Assembly: GCA_035701665.1 (NCBI GenBank)
Contig: DASSRQ010000044.1
Span: 1-58,526 of the forward strand
Reading direction: 5' to 3'
DNA from: Vulcanimicrobiaceae bacterium
GTDB lineage: Bacteria > Vulcanimicrobiota > Vulcanimicrobiia > Vulcanimicrobiales > Vulcanimicrobiaceae
Length of the DNA stretch: 58,526 nt
A model generated the notes under the pieces. The model was not told the DNA's origin. It was given only the letters and a program-made list of their open reading frames with translations, and ran no database searches. Numbering within the stretch: position 1 is the first letter of the stretch; the number at the start of each line of letters is the position of its first letter. Positions 27,683-35,727 of the stretch are shown in pieces. Made by a program: the position numbers and the translations under genes.

Positions 27683-30240
27683 TGCGCGCGCGCATCAACG
27701 AGCGGCTGGAGCGCGCGACGCGGTATCCGGTCACGCTCATCGTTGCGCCGGCCGGTTTCGGCAAAAGTTCCGCGCTGCGCGATTATCTGCAAACCGCGCG
27801 CATCGACGCGGTCCGCTGCGACGTACGGCGGGAAGACAACTCGCTGCTCGCGTTCGTGCACCACCTGAGCGAAGCGATAGAACCCGTCGCACCCAGCGCG
27901 CTTGCCGCATTTCCGTCCATGCAGGAACGCGTGCTCGCCGCGGGCGAGCCGGTGCGCCAGATCTCCGACTGGTTCGCCGAACATTTAAAACGCACTGTCT
28001 GCACGATCGTGATCGACGATCTGCATTATGCCGCCGCCGATCCGGCATCGATCGCGCTGCTGGCCGATCTCATCGAGCGCTCCGGCGATCGCATCAAGTG
28101 GATCATCGCCGCACGCAGCGATGTCGGTCTTCCGGTCGGAACGTGGATCGCTTACGGACGCATGGATCTCCCCGTGGGCGAAGACGAGCTGCGCTTCACC
28201 ACCGACGAAGCGCTGGCGGCAGCCGATGCGAGCGCCGTCGAACTCGACGCGCACGAGATCGAGTCGCTGCGTCAGCTCACGGAAGGCTGGCCGGTAGCGC
28301 TGACGATTGCGATCCGCACGCGTACGCATTCGCGGGATCTGCGCAGCGCATCGCTCGGCACGCAGGAGATGGTGTACCGCTACTTAGCGGAACAAGTCTT
28401 TAGCGCCCTGACGCCGGAGCAGCAAACGTTTGCCCTTGCTACGTCGGTCTTCTCGTCGTTCGACGTGGCAATAGCGGAACGGTTCGGTGCGAAGACCGCG
28501 TCGCTGCAAGAGTTGCGCTCGCGCATTGCATTCCTCAACGAAACCGCTCCCGGCCAGTTTCGCTATCACGATCTCTTCCGCGACTTTCTAGAGACGGAAC
28601 TCCGCCGCTCGGGCGATCGCGAATACGCGAACGCCGTTTGTCACGCGGCAGAGATCCTCGAAGAGCGCGGGTCGTACGGCGATGCGTTGACGCTTTACGC
28701 CAAGGTTCAATCCAGCGCGAACGTTCTGCGCATCGTCGACGAACGCGGCTTCGGCCTGCTCGAACGCGGCGAAGGCGAACGGTTGTGGATGGCGCTCGAA
28801 GCGGTTCCCGAACGCGACCTGAACGCTCACGCTGCTGCGCTCGGGCTCAAAGCCGTCGTGGAATCGGCTCGAGGCCGCTTCGAGCTCGCGGAGCGGCGAT
28901 TCATCGCAGCGATCGAGGCGGCATCGGGAACGACGGATCTGCAGATTTCGCTCGTGAGCCGGTACGCGATCGAGCTCGTGCGCCACGAACGCGATTCGAT
29001 CCATTTCCTCGAACCGTATGCAGCGCGGACCGATCTGACCGACTCTCAACGGGTGCCGCTACTCGGCACCCTTGCGACCGCGTACGCGCGGGCAGGCAGA
29101 CGAAGTGAAGCGCTCGCGACGATCGACGCCGCCGTTGCTTCGAGCGAAGGTGCGTTGGACGAGACGCAGCAGGCGCGTCTGTATCAGCAAGCGGCATTCG
29201 TTTATCACGACATTCCCGACCACGAACGCACGCGGACGTACGCCGAAGCCGCCGTCGATCTTGCGCTCGCGCACGGATTGCACGATGTGGCCGCACGGGC
29301 GTATAGCGCGCTCTTCACGATCGTTTTCAACGAAGAAGACGATCCGATCTCCTCGCTTGCCATTCTCGACAAGATCGAAGAAAACGCGCTCAAAGGCGCG
29401 AGCCAGCAAGCGCACATCTTCGCGCTGATCGCGGCATACGAGATCGAAGCCGACCGCGGCGACGATGCGGCGCTCGAACGCCTTGACGGCGCGCTGCACG
29501 ACAACGAAGGACGGTTGCCGTTTGCGCGTTTCGAAGCGCTGCTTCCGGCTTCCGCATTGCGAGCTGCGGGCGACGGCGACTTCGGCCGCGCGTTCCGCCT
29601 GCTCAACGGAACGCTCGATCCGCTTTCAGCGGCCGACCGGCGTGCGCTTCGCGCGTCCGAGATCGCGCTGTACGCAGCAGCGGGCGGAGAGTCGGAGGCA
29701 GCTGCCGCGGCCGTACAACTTGCCGACGAAGCGATCGAATTGGCACACGCAAACAACCGCCGCACGATTCGAGCGCGTGTCTTTTTAGGACTTGCCGAAC
29801 TCGTGCGCGGTCACGAAGCGGCGGCGCACCGGTATCTTTCCGAAGCGGAAAAAGCCGTTTCGGGAACGATGCGCCGCATGCGCGCACTCGTAAATGCGGC
29901 GCGCACTGTTTACCGTTTGCAGCTCAAGCAAAGCGACGAGGCGGCGTATTTGAGCGCACTCGAGCGGCTGCGTTCGGAACACTTCGGCGGATTGGCGAAG
30001 TTGCTCAAAGCGCTGCCCGCATCGCAGCAAGGTCATGCATACAGCTCGCTCACGGTCGCCGAACGCGAGATATTGCAGCTCCTCGCCGGCGGAGCAAGCA
30101 CCAAGGACGTCGCGGGCAAGACCGGCCGCAGCCCCCACACGGTGGACACGCACATCCGTTCCATCTGCCGCAAACTCAACTGCAGCGGCAGGCGCGAAGC
30201 GGTGGCGTTAGCAACCACTCAGGGCTGGGTACACACCTAG
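27682..30240 (+). CDS. MalT-like STAND ATPase / LuxR-family transcriptional regulator
   Basis: ATG 27682 overlaps the decarboxylase TGA (TGATG). Walker A is VAPAGFGKSS and Walker B is TIVIDDLHYA. A long helical-repeat sensor region follows. The C-terminal GerE/LuxR HTH is LTVAEREILQLLAGGASTKDVAGKTGRSPHTVDTHIRSICRKL. Confidence 0.9.
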   Translation: MRARINERLERATRYPVTLIVAPAGFGKSSALRDYLQTARIDAVRCDVRREDNSLLAFVHHLSEAIEPVAPSALAAFPSMQERVLAAGEPVRQISDWFAEHLKRTVCTIVIDDLHYAAADPASIALLADLIERSGDRIKWIIAARSDVGLPVGTWIAYGRMDLPVGEDELRFTTDEALAAADASAVELDAHEIESLRQLTEGWPVALTIAIRTRTHSRDLRSASLGTQEMVYRYLAEQVFSALTPEQQTFALATSVFSSFDVAIAERFGAKTASLQELRSRIAFLNETAPGQFRYHDLFRDFLETELRRSGDREYANAVCHAAEILEERGSYGDALTLYAKVQSSANVLRIVDERGFGLLERGEGERLWMALEAVPERDLNAHAAALGLKAVVESARGRFELAERRFIAAIEAASGTTDLQISLVSRYAIELVRHERDSIHFLEPYAARTDLTDSQRVPLLGTLATAYARAGRRSEALATIDAAVASSEGALDETQQARLYQQAAFVYHDIPDHERTRTYAEAAVDLALAHGLHDVAARAYSALFTIVFNEEDDPISSLAILDKIEENALKGASQQAHIFALIAAYEIEADRGDDAALERLDGALHDNEGRLPFARFEALLPASALRAAGDGDFGRAFRLLNGTLDPLSAADRRALRASEIALYAAAGGESEAAAAAVQLADEAIELAHANNRRTIRARVFLGLAELVRGHEAAAHRYLSEAEKAVSGTMRRMRALVNAARTVYRLQLKQSDEAAYLSALERLRSEHFGGLAKLLKALPASQQGHAYSSLTVAEREILQLLAGGASTKDVAGKTGRSPHTVDTHIRSICRKLNCSGRREAVALATTQGWVHT

Positions 30241-30263
30241 AACTTAGGCGGTCCCGTCTGGGA

Positions 30264-31532
30264 GTGTTGACTTTGAGCCGATTGCGTACTTTAACAACCG
30301 TGGCCCTCATCTGCGCCCTCGCAGCGTGCAGCGGCTCGCCCGCGCCGTTCGTTCCGGTCCAGAGTCAGAGCTCGGCCTCGGCTAAAGCCCCCCACACGAC
30401 CGCCGACAATCCAAGTGCGCTCCCGGGCGACAACCCGAGCGCCCTGCCCGGCGACAACCCCAGCGCGCTTCCCGGTGACAATCCGAGCGCGCTGCCCGGC
30501 GACAATCCGAGCGCGCTGCCCGGTGCCCAGCTTGCCTGCGCGAACACGTTCGCCCAAGGCCAAGCCAACTGCACCGTTGCCATCAATCTGAACTCGCCGG
30601 TCGTTAAGAATGCGCAGACCCCCGCCAACCTGCTCGCGGGCCTGCATCCGGCCGATCTGCAGAGCCGGTACGGCCTGCCTTCGGCAAATGCCGGCGGGTT
30701 GGTTGCGATCGTCGATGCGTACGACGACCCGACCGCCGAAGTCGATCTGGCCGCCTATCGCGCCGCTTTCGGTCTGCCGTCATGCACCAGCGCCAACGGC
30801 TGCTTCACCAAAGTCGATCAGCGCGGCGGTACGTCCTATCCGCAAACGAACCTGGGCTGGTCGCAAGAGATCGCCCTCGACCTCGACATGGTCTCGGCCG
30901 TCTGCCCCAACTGCAGCATTCTGCTCGTCGAAGCCGACTCGGCAAGTTTCGACGACCTCGGTGCGGGAGTGGATCTCGCGGCTACGCACCATCCGGCCGC
31001 CATCAGCAACAGCTATTACGGCCCCGAGTACTCGGGTGAAACGGCCGAAGACGTACACTATAAGCACCCGGGAATTGCGATCACGGTCAGCTCCGGCGAT
31101 CAGCGCTCGCCGTTCTACCCCGCCGCCTCGCCGTACGCCACCAGCGTCGGCGGAACGTCGCTGACCAACAACAGCGGCGCGTGGAGCGAGAGCGCGTGGC
31201 CGTACGACGGCGCCGGCTGCAGCAAGTATGAAGCCAAACCGTCCTGGCAAGGCAACACGGGCTGCAAGACGCGTTCGACCGTGGACGTCGCGGCCGTCGC
31301 CGATCCGCAGACCGGTGTGACGACGTTCGATTCGACCGCCGGCGGGTGGTATGTCGTGGGCGGAACGAGCGTGGCCGCGCCCATCGTGGCAGCCGCGTAC
31401 GCGCTGTCCTCAAACCCGCAAGGACCCGCGTATTCGTACGCTCACCGGAGCGCGTTCAATGCCATCGGCGGCCAGAGCGGCTACTTCTGGACAACCGGCC
31501 TGGGATCACCGAACGGCTTGGCGGGCCTCTAG
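30264..31532 (+). CDS. Lipoprotein sedolisin (peptidase S53) catalytic domain without a pro-domain
   Basis: The lipobox is ALICALAACSG. Five DNPSALPG repeats follow. The S53 catalytic Glu/Asp motif is WSQEIALDLDMVSAVCP. The serine motif is GGTSVAAPIVAAAYA. The start is GTG 30264 or TTG 30273, after GGGAG. Confidence 0.85.
   Translation: MLTLSRLRTLTTVALICALAACSGSPAPFVPVQSQSSASAKAPHTTADNPSALPGDNPSALPGDNPSALPGDNPSALPGDNPSALPGAQLACANTFAQGQANCTVAINLNSPVVKNAQTPANLLAGLHPADLQSRYGLPSANAGGLVAIVDAYDDPTAEVDLAAYRAAFGLPSCTSANGCFTKVDQRGGTSYPQTNLGWSQEIALDLDMVSAVCPNCSILLVEADSASFDDLGAGVDLAATHHPAAISNSYYGPEYSGETAEDVHYKHPGIAITVSSGDQRSPFYPAASPYATSVGGTSLTNNSGAWSESAWPYDGAGCSKYEAKPSWQGNTGCKTRSTVDVAAVADPQTGVTTFDSTAGGWYVVGGTSVAAPIVAAAYALSSNPQGPAYSYAHRSAFNAIGGQSGYFWTTGLGSPNGLAGL
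30405..30524 (+). repeat. Five tandem 24-bp repeats encoding (DNPSALPG)x5
   Basis: The units are 30405-30428, 30429-30452, 30453-30476, 30477-30500 and 30501-30524. The copies differ only at synonymous third positions. Confidence 0.95.
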
Positions 31533-31814
31533 AGCGTCTTCGACGCTGCTGTAGATCGGGTAGACACCCTCAAGCCCCGTCAGGGTTAACAATCTGCGAA
31601 CGAAAGCCGACCGGACGGCCAATGCCGCCGGCGGCTTTTGCGTTTCCACGCGGTGCTTGTGCGCGAGCAAAAGCGCGCTGATCAGCGAACTGGTGATGTA
31701 TTTGGCGCTCGTGAGATCGAGCACGACGTCGCGCTCGGTGTACGCAGGCTCGAGCCGCTTCCGAAGTTCGGCCGCCTGATAGATATCCCACTCCCCCGCT
31801 AGCGATATAACCAT
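31506..31814 (-). CDS. STAS-domain protein (anti-sigma-factor antagonist family)
   Basis: 102 aa. VISLAGEWDIYQAAELRKRL...VVLDLTSAKYITSSLISALL...VRRLLTLTGLEGVYPIYSSVEDAL matches the SpoIIAA/RsbV pattern. Confidence 0.85.
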   Translation of the reverse strand: MVISLAGEWDIYQAAELRKRLEPAYTERDVVLDLTSAKYITSSLISALLLAHKHRVETQKPPAALAVRSAFVRRLLTLTGLEGVYPIYSSVEDALEARQAVR

Positions 31815-31921
31815 GTCTGAATGGTAACCCGTTAGCAGGCAGCCCCGCCCTACTCAAATCTAGGTATGTCGGGTGGAGTCCCTCATCTCGTACCGTGAGG
31901 TTAGGAGGGAGTCCAAACTTC

Positions 31922-33832
31922 ATGAAAAGAGCGATCGCCGCGGCGCTGGCCGCCGGCATTATAACGGCCTCGTGCTCCGGGCACGGGGGCTCGGCGCTTC
32001 CCAACGTTACCTCGGGCGGCGGTACGCCGGGCACGATGGGAATGCACGGCACCCGCGCAAGTTCGGTGGCCGTCAATCTGCCGCTGGGATGGGCCGCGAC
32101 CGGTACGCAGGCCCTCAGCCTAACGGGCGTCACCGATAACGGTGCACTGCCCGCTTCTCAAGTTCTGACCGTCCACGTCGCGCTGCAACTGCACAACGTC
32201 GACCAACTCAAACAATCCGTTGCCGCCGGGCAGATCACCCCGCGCGCAACGTTCATGAGCACGTATGCGCCGACGAACAGCGACGTCGCACAAGTAACGC
32301 AGTATCTCAGCTCGCAAGGCTTCACGAACATCAACGTGCAGGCCAATCATATTCTGGTGGATGCATCCGGTACGGCCGCTACGATCGAAAAAGCGTTCAG
32401 CACGAAACTCGAGTCGTTCAGCGGCGCATCCGGCAACGTTTTTGCAAACACGCAGCCCGCGCTCGTTCCGCAGGCCCTTTCGGGCATCGTGGTTTCGGTG
32501 CTCGGCCTCGACAACGTGCAGATGGCCAAGCCCGCGCCGAAGAGCGGCGGCAAACCGAGTGTAACGCCGACGCCGGTTCCGGCAACGCCGACGCCTGCGC
32601 CGACCGCAACGCCGACGCCCGCGCCGACCGCAACACCCACGCCGACTCCGACGCCGACGCCGGTTCCGAGCGCGGATGCGTGCACGCAAGGCGTGAACGC
32701 CGAAGGCATCTGCCCGCGCTATTACGATCCGGCAACGATTCAGCTCGCGTACGACGCGGCGAACGTTCCGACGGCTGCGAATACGCGCGTCGCGATCTTC
32801 ACCGAAGGCGACCCGTCCGGCGCAATCAGCGACTTCCGCTGGAACGAGCAGGTCTACAAGCTGCGTCAAGTGCCGGTCAATTTGATCCAAATCGGCGCGC
32901 CGAACAGCGACACGTCGGGTAACGGCGAGTGGGTGCTCGACATGACGGCCGTGCAAGGCACCGCTGCCGACGTGCAGCAGATCGATCTCTACGACATGCC
33001 GTCGATGAGCTTCGCGGACATGGCCGTTTCGTACAACAAATGGGTGATCGACAACACCGATCCGGTCGGCAACAGCTCGTTCGGCGGATGCGAAGTCTTC
33101 CCGTATCAAGACGGCTCGATGCTTGCGGCCGACGAGATCCTCGTCGAGGCCGCATCACAAGGCCAATCGATGTTCGTATCGACGGGCGATAACGGCGGCT
33201 TCTGCACCGCAGCCGTGGATACGAACGGCGCACCCGGCGGCGTTCCGATGGTCGAGTATCCGGCCGCGTCACCGTACGTCGTTGCAGTCGGCGGAACGGA
33301 TCTGTTCAGCAACGCCGACGGTTCGTATCTCGGTGAGACGTCCTGGGAAGCCGGCGGCGGCGGTCTGAGCCAATTCGAATACTCGCCGTACTGGGAATCG
33401 CCGACGCAGCCTGTCGGAACGACGCCTGCAGGCCTGACGTTCCGCGGACTTCCCGACATCGCAATGGATGCGTCGATCGAAACCGGTTATCTCGTCTACT
33501 CGTCGGCATCGGCCGTAAACGGATCGTGCACGCCGTGTGTGTCGGCCGGTACGAGTCTTGCATCGCCGCTTGCAGCAGGTGCGTACGCACGCATGCAATC
33601 CGCGCACGGCAACGCGCTCGGCTTCGCGCCATTCCGCTTCTACCACATCTACACGAGCAATCCGAACTCGAGCGAAGCCAGCGCGGGACCGCCGCCCACC
33701 TCGCTCGTCGGCGGATTCCACGACATTCTCTCAGGCGCTAACGGCGACTACACCGCGCTGCCGCGTTACGACTACACGACCGGCATGGGCAGCTTAGACG
33801 TCGCCAAGACCAACGCGATCATCGGACAATGA
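31922..33832 (+). CDS. Lipoprotein sedolisin (peptidase S53) with a pro-kumamolisin-type activation domain
   Basis: AGGAGGGA lies 10 nt upstream of ATG 31922. The lipobox is GIITASCSG. The pro-domain reads LTVHVALQLHNVDQLKQ...YLSSQGFTNI. A Pro/Thr linker follows. The catalytic motifs are GNGEWVLDMTAVQG and SAGTSLASPLAAGAYA. Confidence 0.9.
   Translation: MKRAIAAALAAGIITASCSGHGGSALPNVTSGGGTPGTMGMHGTRASSVAVNLPLGWAATGTQALSLTGVTDNGALPASQVLTVHVALQLHNVDQLKQSVAAGQITPRATFMSTYAPTNSDVAQVTQYLSSQGFTNINVQANHILVDASGTAATIEKAFSTKLESFSGASGNVFANTQPALVPQALSGIVVSVLGLDNVQMAKPAPKSGGKPSVTPTPVPATPTPAPTATPTPAPTATPTPTPTPTPVPSADACTQGVNAEGICPRYYDPATIQLAYDAANVPTAANTRVAIFTEGDPSGAISDFRWNEQVYKLRQVPVNLIQIGAPNSDTSGNGEWVLDMTAVQGTAADVQQIDLYDMPSMSFADMAVSYNKWVIDNTDPVGNSSFGGCEVFPYQDGSMLAADEILVEAASQGQSMFVSTGDNGGFCTAAVDTNGAPGGVPMVEYPAASPYVVAVGGTDLFSNADGSYLGETSWEAGGGGLSQFEYSPYWESPTQPVGTTPAGLTFRGLPDIAMDASIETGYLVYSSASAVNGSCTPCVSAGTSLASPLAAGAYARMQSAHGNALGFAPFRFYHIYTSNPNSSEASAGPPPTSLVGGFHDILSGANGDYTALPRYDYTTGMGSLDVAKTNAIIGQ
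32582..32629 (+). repeat. Two tandem 24-bp units inside a Pro/Thr linker (ATPTPAPT x2)
   Basis: gcaacgccgacgcctgcgccgacc (32582-32605) and gcaacgccgacgcccgcgccgacc (32606-32629). They sit within the linker TPTPVPATPTPAPTATPTPAPTATPTPTPTPTPVPSA. Confidence 0.85.
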
Positions 33833-33843
33833 GGAGTCACGGA

Positions 33844-35598
33844 ATGAAGAAACTGTCTGCAGTCGCGTTGGCGACCGGATTACTCGCTGCGTCGTGCTCG
33901 GGACACGGAGGGCAATCTGCACTGCCCTCCGTTCCCAGCCAAACGCAAAACGCGTCGGCGGGAGCGCGCAACGCATCGGTTGCGATCGCCGCGCCCGCCG
34001 GCTGGTCGGGTACTGCAACACAAGGCGCGACTGTCGCTAATGCAAGCGATCTCGGCGCGCTCGCTTCCACGCAAGCACTCACGGTTCGCGTGGCGCTCGG
34101 CGGACACAACCTGGACGCACTCGCAAAAGCGGTTGCATCCGGACAGCAGTTCACCGATGCGCAACTGATGGCGCAGTATGCACCGACGTCGTCTGAAGTG
34201 CAGCAAGTCGTCAGCTACTTGCAGTCGCAAGGCTTCAAGAACATCGACGTCGCGCCCAACCACTTACTCGTGAGCGCCGACGGTACGGCGGCGAACGCGC
34301 AAAGCGCATTCAATACATCGCTGCACGCCTTCTCGCTCGGCGGGAAAACACTGTACGCGAACGTTACGCCGGCCTACGTTCCGGTAGCGCTAAACGGTAT
34401 CGCGGTTGCGGTGCTCGGATTAAATAACGCCGCGCACATGTCGTCGAGTCCGACGGACTGCTTCCCGACGAATCCGCCGCCGGGCGGCGTACCGTGCGTG
34501 CGTTCGTTCGACGCGCAAACGATTCAAACGTTCTACGATGCCGGCTCGACGCCGACGGCGGCAAACACCACCATCGCCGTCATGGCCGAAGGCGACGTCT
34601 CGCAGGTCGTTACGGATCTGGCAGAGGCCGAACAGGCACAAGGCCTTGCGCAAGTGCCGGTAACGGTCAAGCAAGTCGGCCTCGCCAGCCCGGATACAGC
34701 CGGCGTCGGCGAGTGGGACCTCGATACGCAGTCCTCGACCGGCATCGCCGGCACGGTGAAAGCGCTGTATCTATATCACACGACGTCGATGACGGACTCC
34801 GATATTGCGAACGAATACAGCCATTGGGAATCCGATAATCTCGCGCAAACCGGCAACTCGTCGTTCGGCGAATGCGAATATGCGGCATACCTCGACGGCG
34901 CCATGAAAGCCGACGACAACGTGCTGTTGTTCGCGGCAGCGCACGGCCAGACGATGTTTGCATCGAGCGGCGACACCGGATCGTCGTGTCCGATCGTCGG
35001 AACCAACGGCGTTCCCGGCTCGGGGCCGCCGATGGTATCGTATCCGTCGTCGTCGCCGTGGGTTGTCACCGCCGGCGGTACGACGCTGACGTCTAATACG
35101 GACGGAACGTACGACGGCGAGATCGCGTGGAATGCGGGCGGCGGCGGATTGAGCCAGTTCGAAAACGCAGCGAGCTGGATGCAGCCGGTGCAGCTGACGA
35201 CCGGCATCGTTGCCGCAGGCAATCTGCGCGGCGTTCCGGATATTGCGATGGCTGCAGATCCGAATGCCGGCGGCTATCTCGTGTACGACGAAGGCTGCGG
35301 CATGCCGTGCGGTATCGGCGGCACCAGCGAAGCTTCGCCGCTATCGATGGGCGTGTACGCGCGCATGCTCAGCGCGCATCCCGGTCTTGGGTTCGCCGGA
35401 CCGCATCTGTATGCGAACTACCAGCAATACGAAGGCGGAGAGAACACGGTCACCGGACCGCCGCCTTATGCAACGTACGGCGGATTCCACGACATCATCA
35501 CCGGTACGAACGGTATCTACCAAGCGCTTCCAGGCTATGACTACACCACCGGCTTGGGTACGTTCGACATCAGCAATCTGAACAACACCATCCACTAA
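33844..35598 (+). CDS. Lipoprotein sedolisin (peptidase S53) with a pro-domain
   Basis: GAGGAG at 33831-33836 precedes ATG 33844. The lipobox is GLLAASCSG. The pro-domain reads LTVRVALGGHNLDALAK...YLQSQGFKNI. The catalytic motifs are GVGEWDLDTQSSTG and GIGGTSEASPLSMGVYA. Confidence 0.9.
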   Translation: MKKLSAVALATGLLAASCSGHGGQSALPSVPSQTQNASAGARNASVAIAAPAGWSGTATQGATVANASDLGALASTQALTVRVALGGHNLDALAKAVASGQQFTDAQLMAQYAPTSSEVQQVVSYLQSQGFKNIDVAPNHLLVSADGTAANAQSAFNTSLHAFSLGGKTLYANVTPAYVPVALNGIAVAVLGLNNAAHMSSSPTDCFPTNPPPGGVPCVRSFDAQTIQTFYDAGSTPTAANTTIAVMAEGDVSQVVTDLAEAEQAQGLAQVPVTVKQVGLASPDTAGVGEWDLDTQSSTGIAGTVKALYLYHTTSMTDSDIANEYSHWESDNLAQTGNSSFGECEYAAYLDGAMKADDNVLLFAAAHGQTMFASSGDTGSSCPIVGTNGVPGSGPPMVSYPSSSPWVVTAGGTTLTSNTDGTYDGEIAWNAGGGGLSQFENAASWMQPVQLTTGIVAAGNLRGVPDIAMAADPNAGGYLVYDEGCGMPCGIGGTSEASPLSMGVYARMLSAHPGLGFAGPHLYANYQQYEGGENTVTGPPPYATYGGFHDIITGTNGIYQALPGYDYTTGLGTFDISNLNNTIH

Positions 35599-35620
35599 CC
35601 AAGCCCTGTTTAGGTTGTAG

Positions 35621-35651
35621 GAGGCCGCGCGCTGCGCGGCCTCTTTCTTTT
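35621..35651 (+). terminator. Rho-independent terminator after the third sedolisin gene
   Basis: GAGGCCGCGC (35621-35630), a 3-nt loop, GCGCGGCCTC (35634-35643), then TTTCTTTT. Confidence 0.8.
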
Positions 35652-35727
35652 GTGCGCGACTACTCTGTTTTCGGTATGTTGCGGGTGCAGCACGGCGCGT
35701 TACCCTGCTCGAGAGGGAGAAACACGA

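Noticed and set aside
30405-30524. Regular 24-bp direct repeats considered as a possible CRISPR-like array
   Set aside because: The repeats are contiguous with no spacers. They are in frame within a lipoprotein gene and encode an identical octapeptide. No cas genes are present in the window.
32120-33721. Antisense ORFs across sedolisin 2 (for example 32120-33109 of 329 aa, and 33269-33721)
   Set aside because: They are Arg-rich shadows. The plus strand has the lipobox, pro-domain and S53 catalytic motifs.
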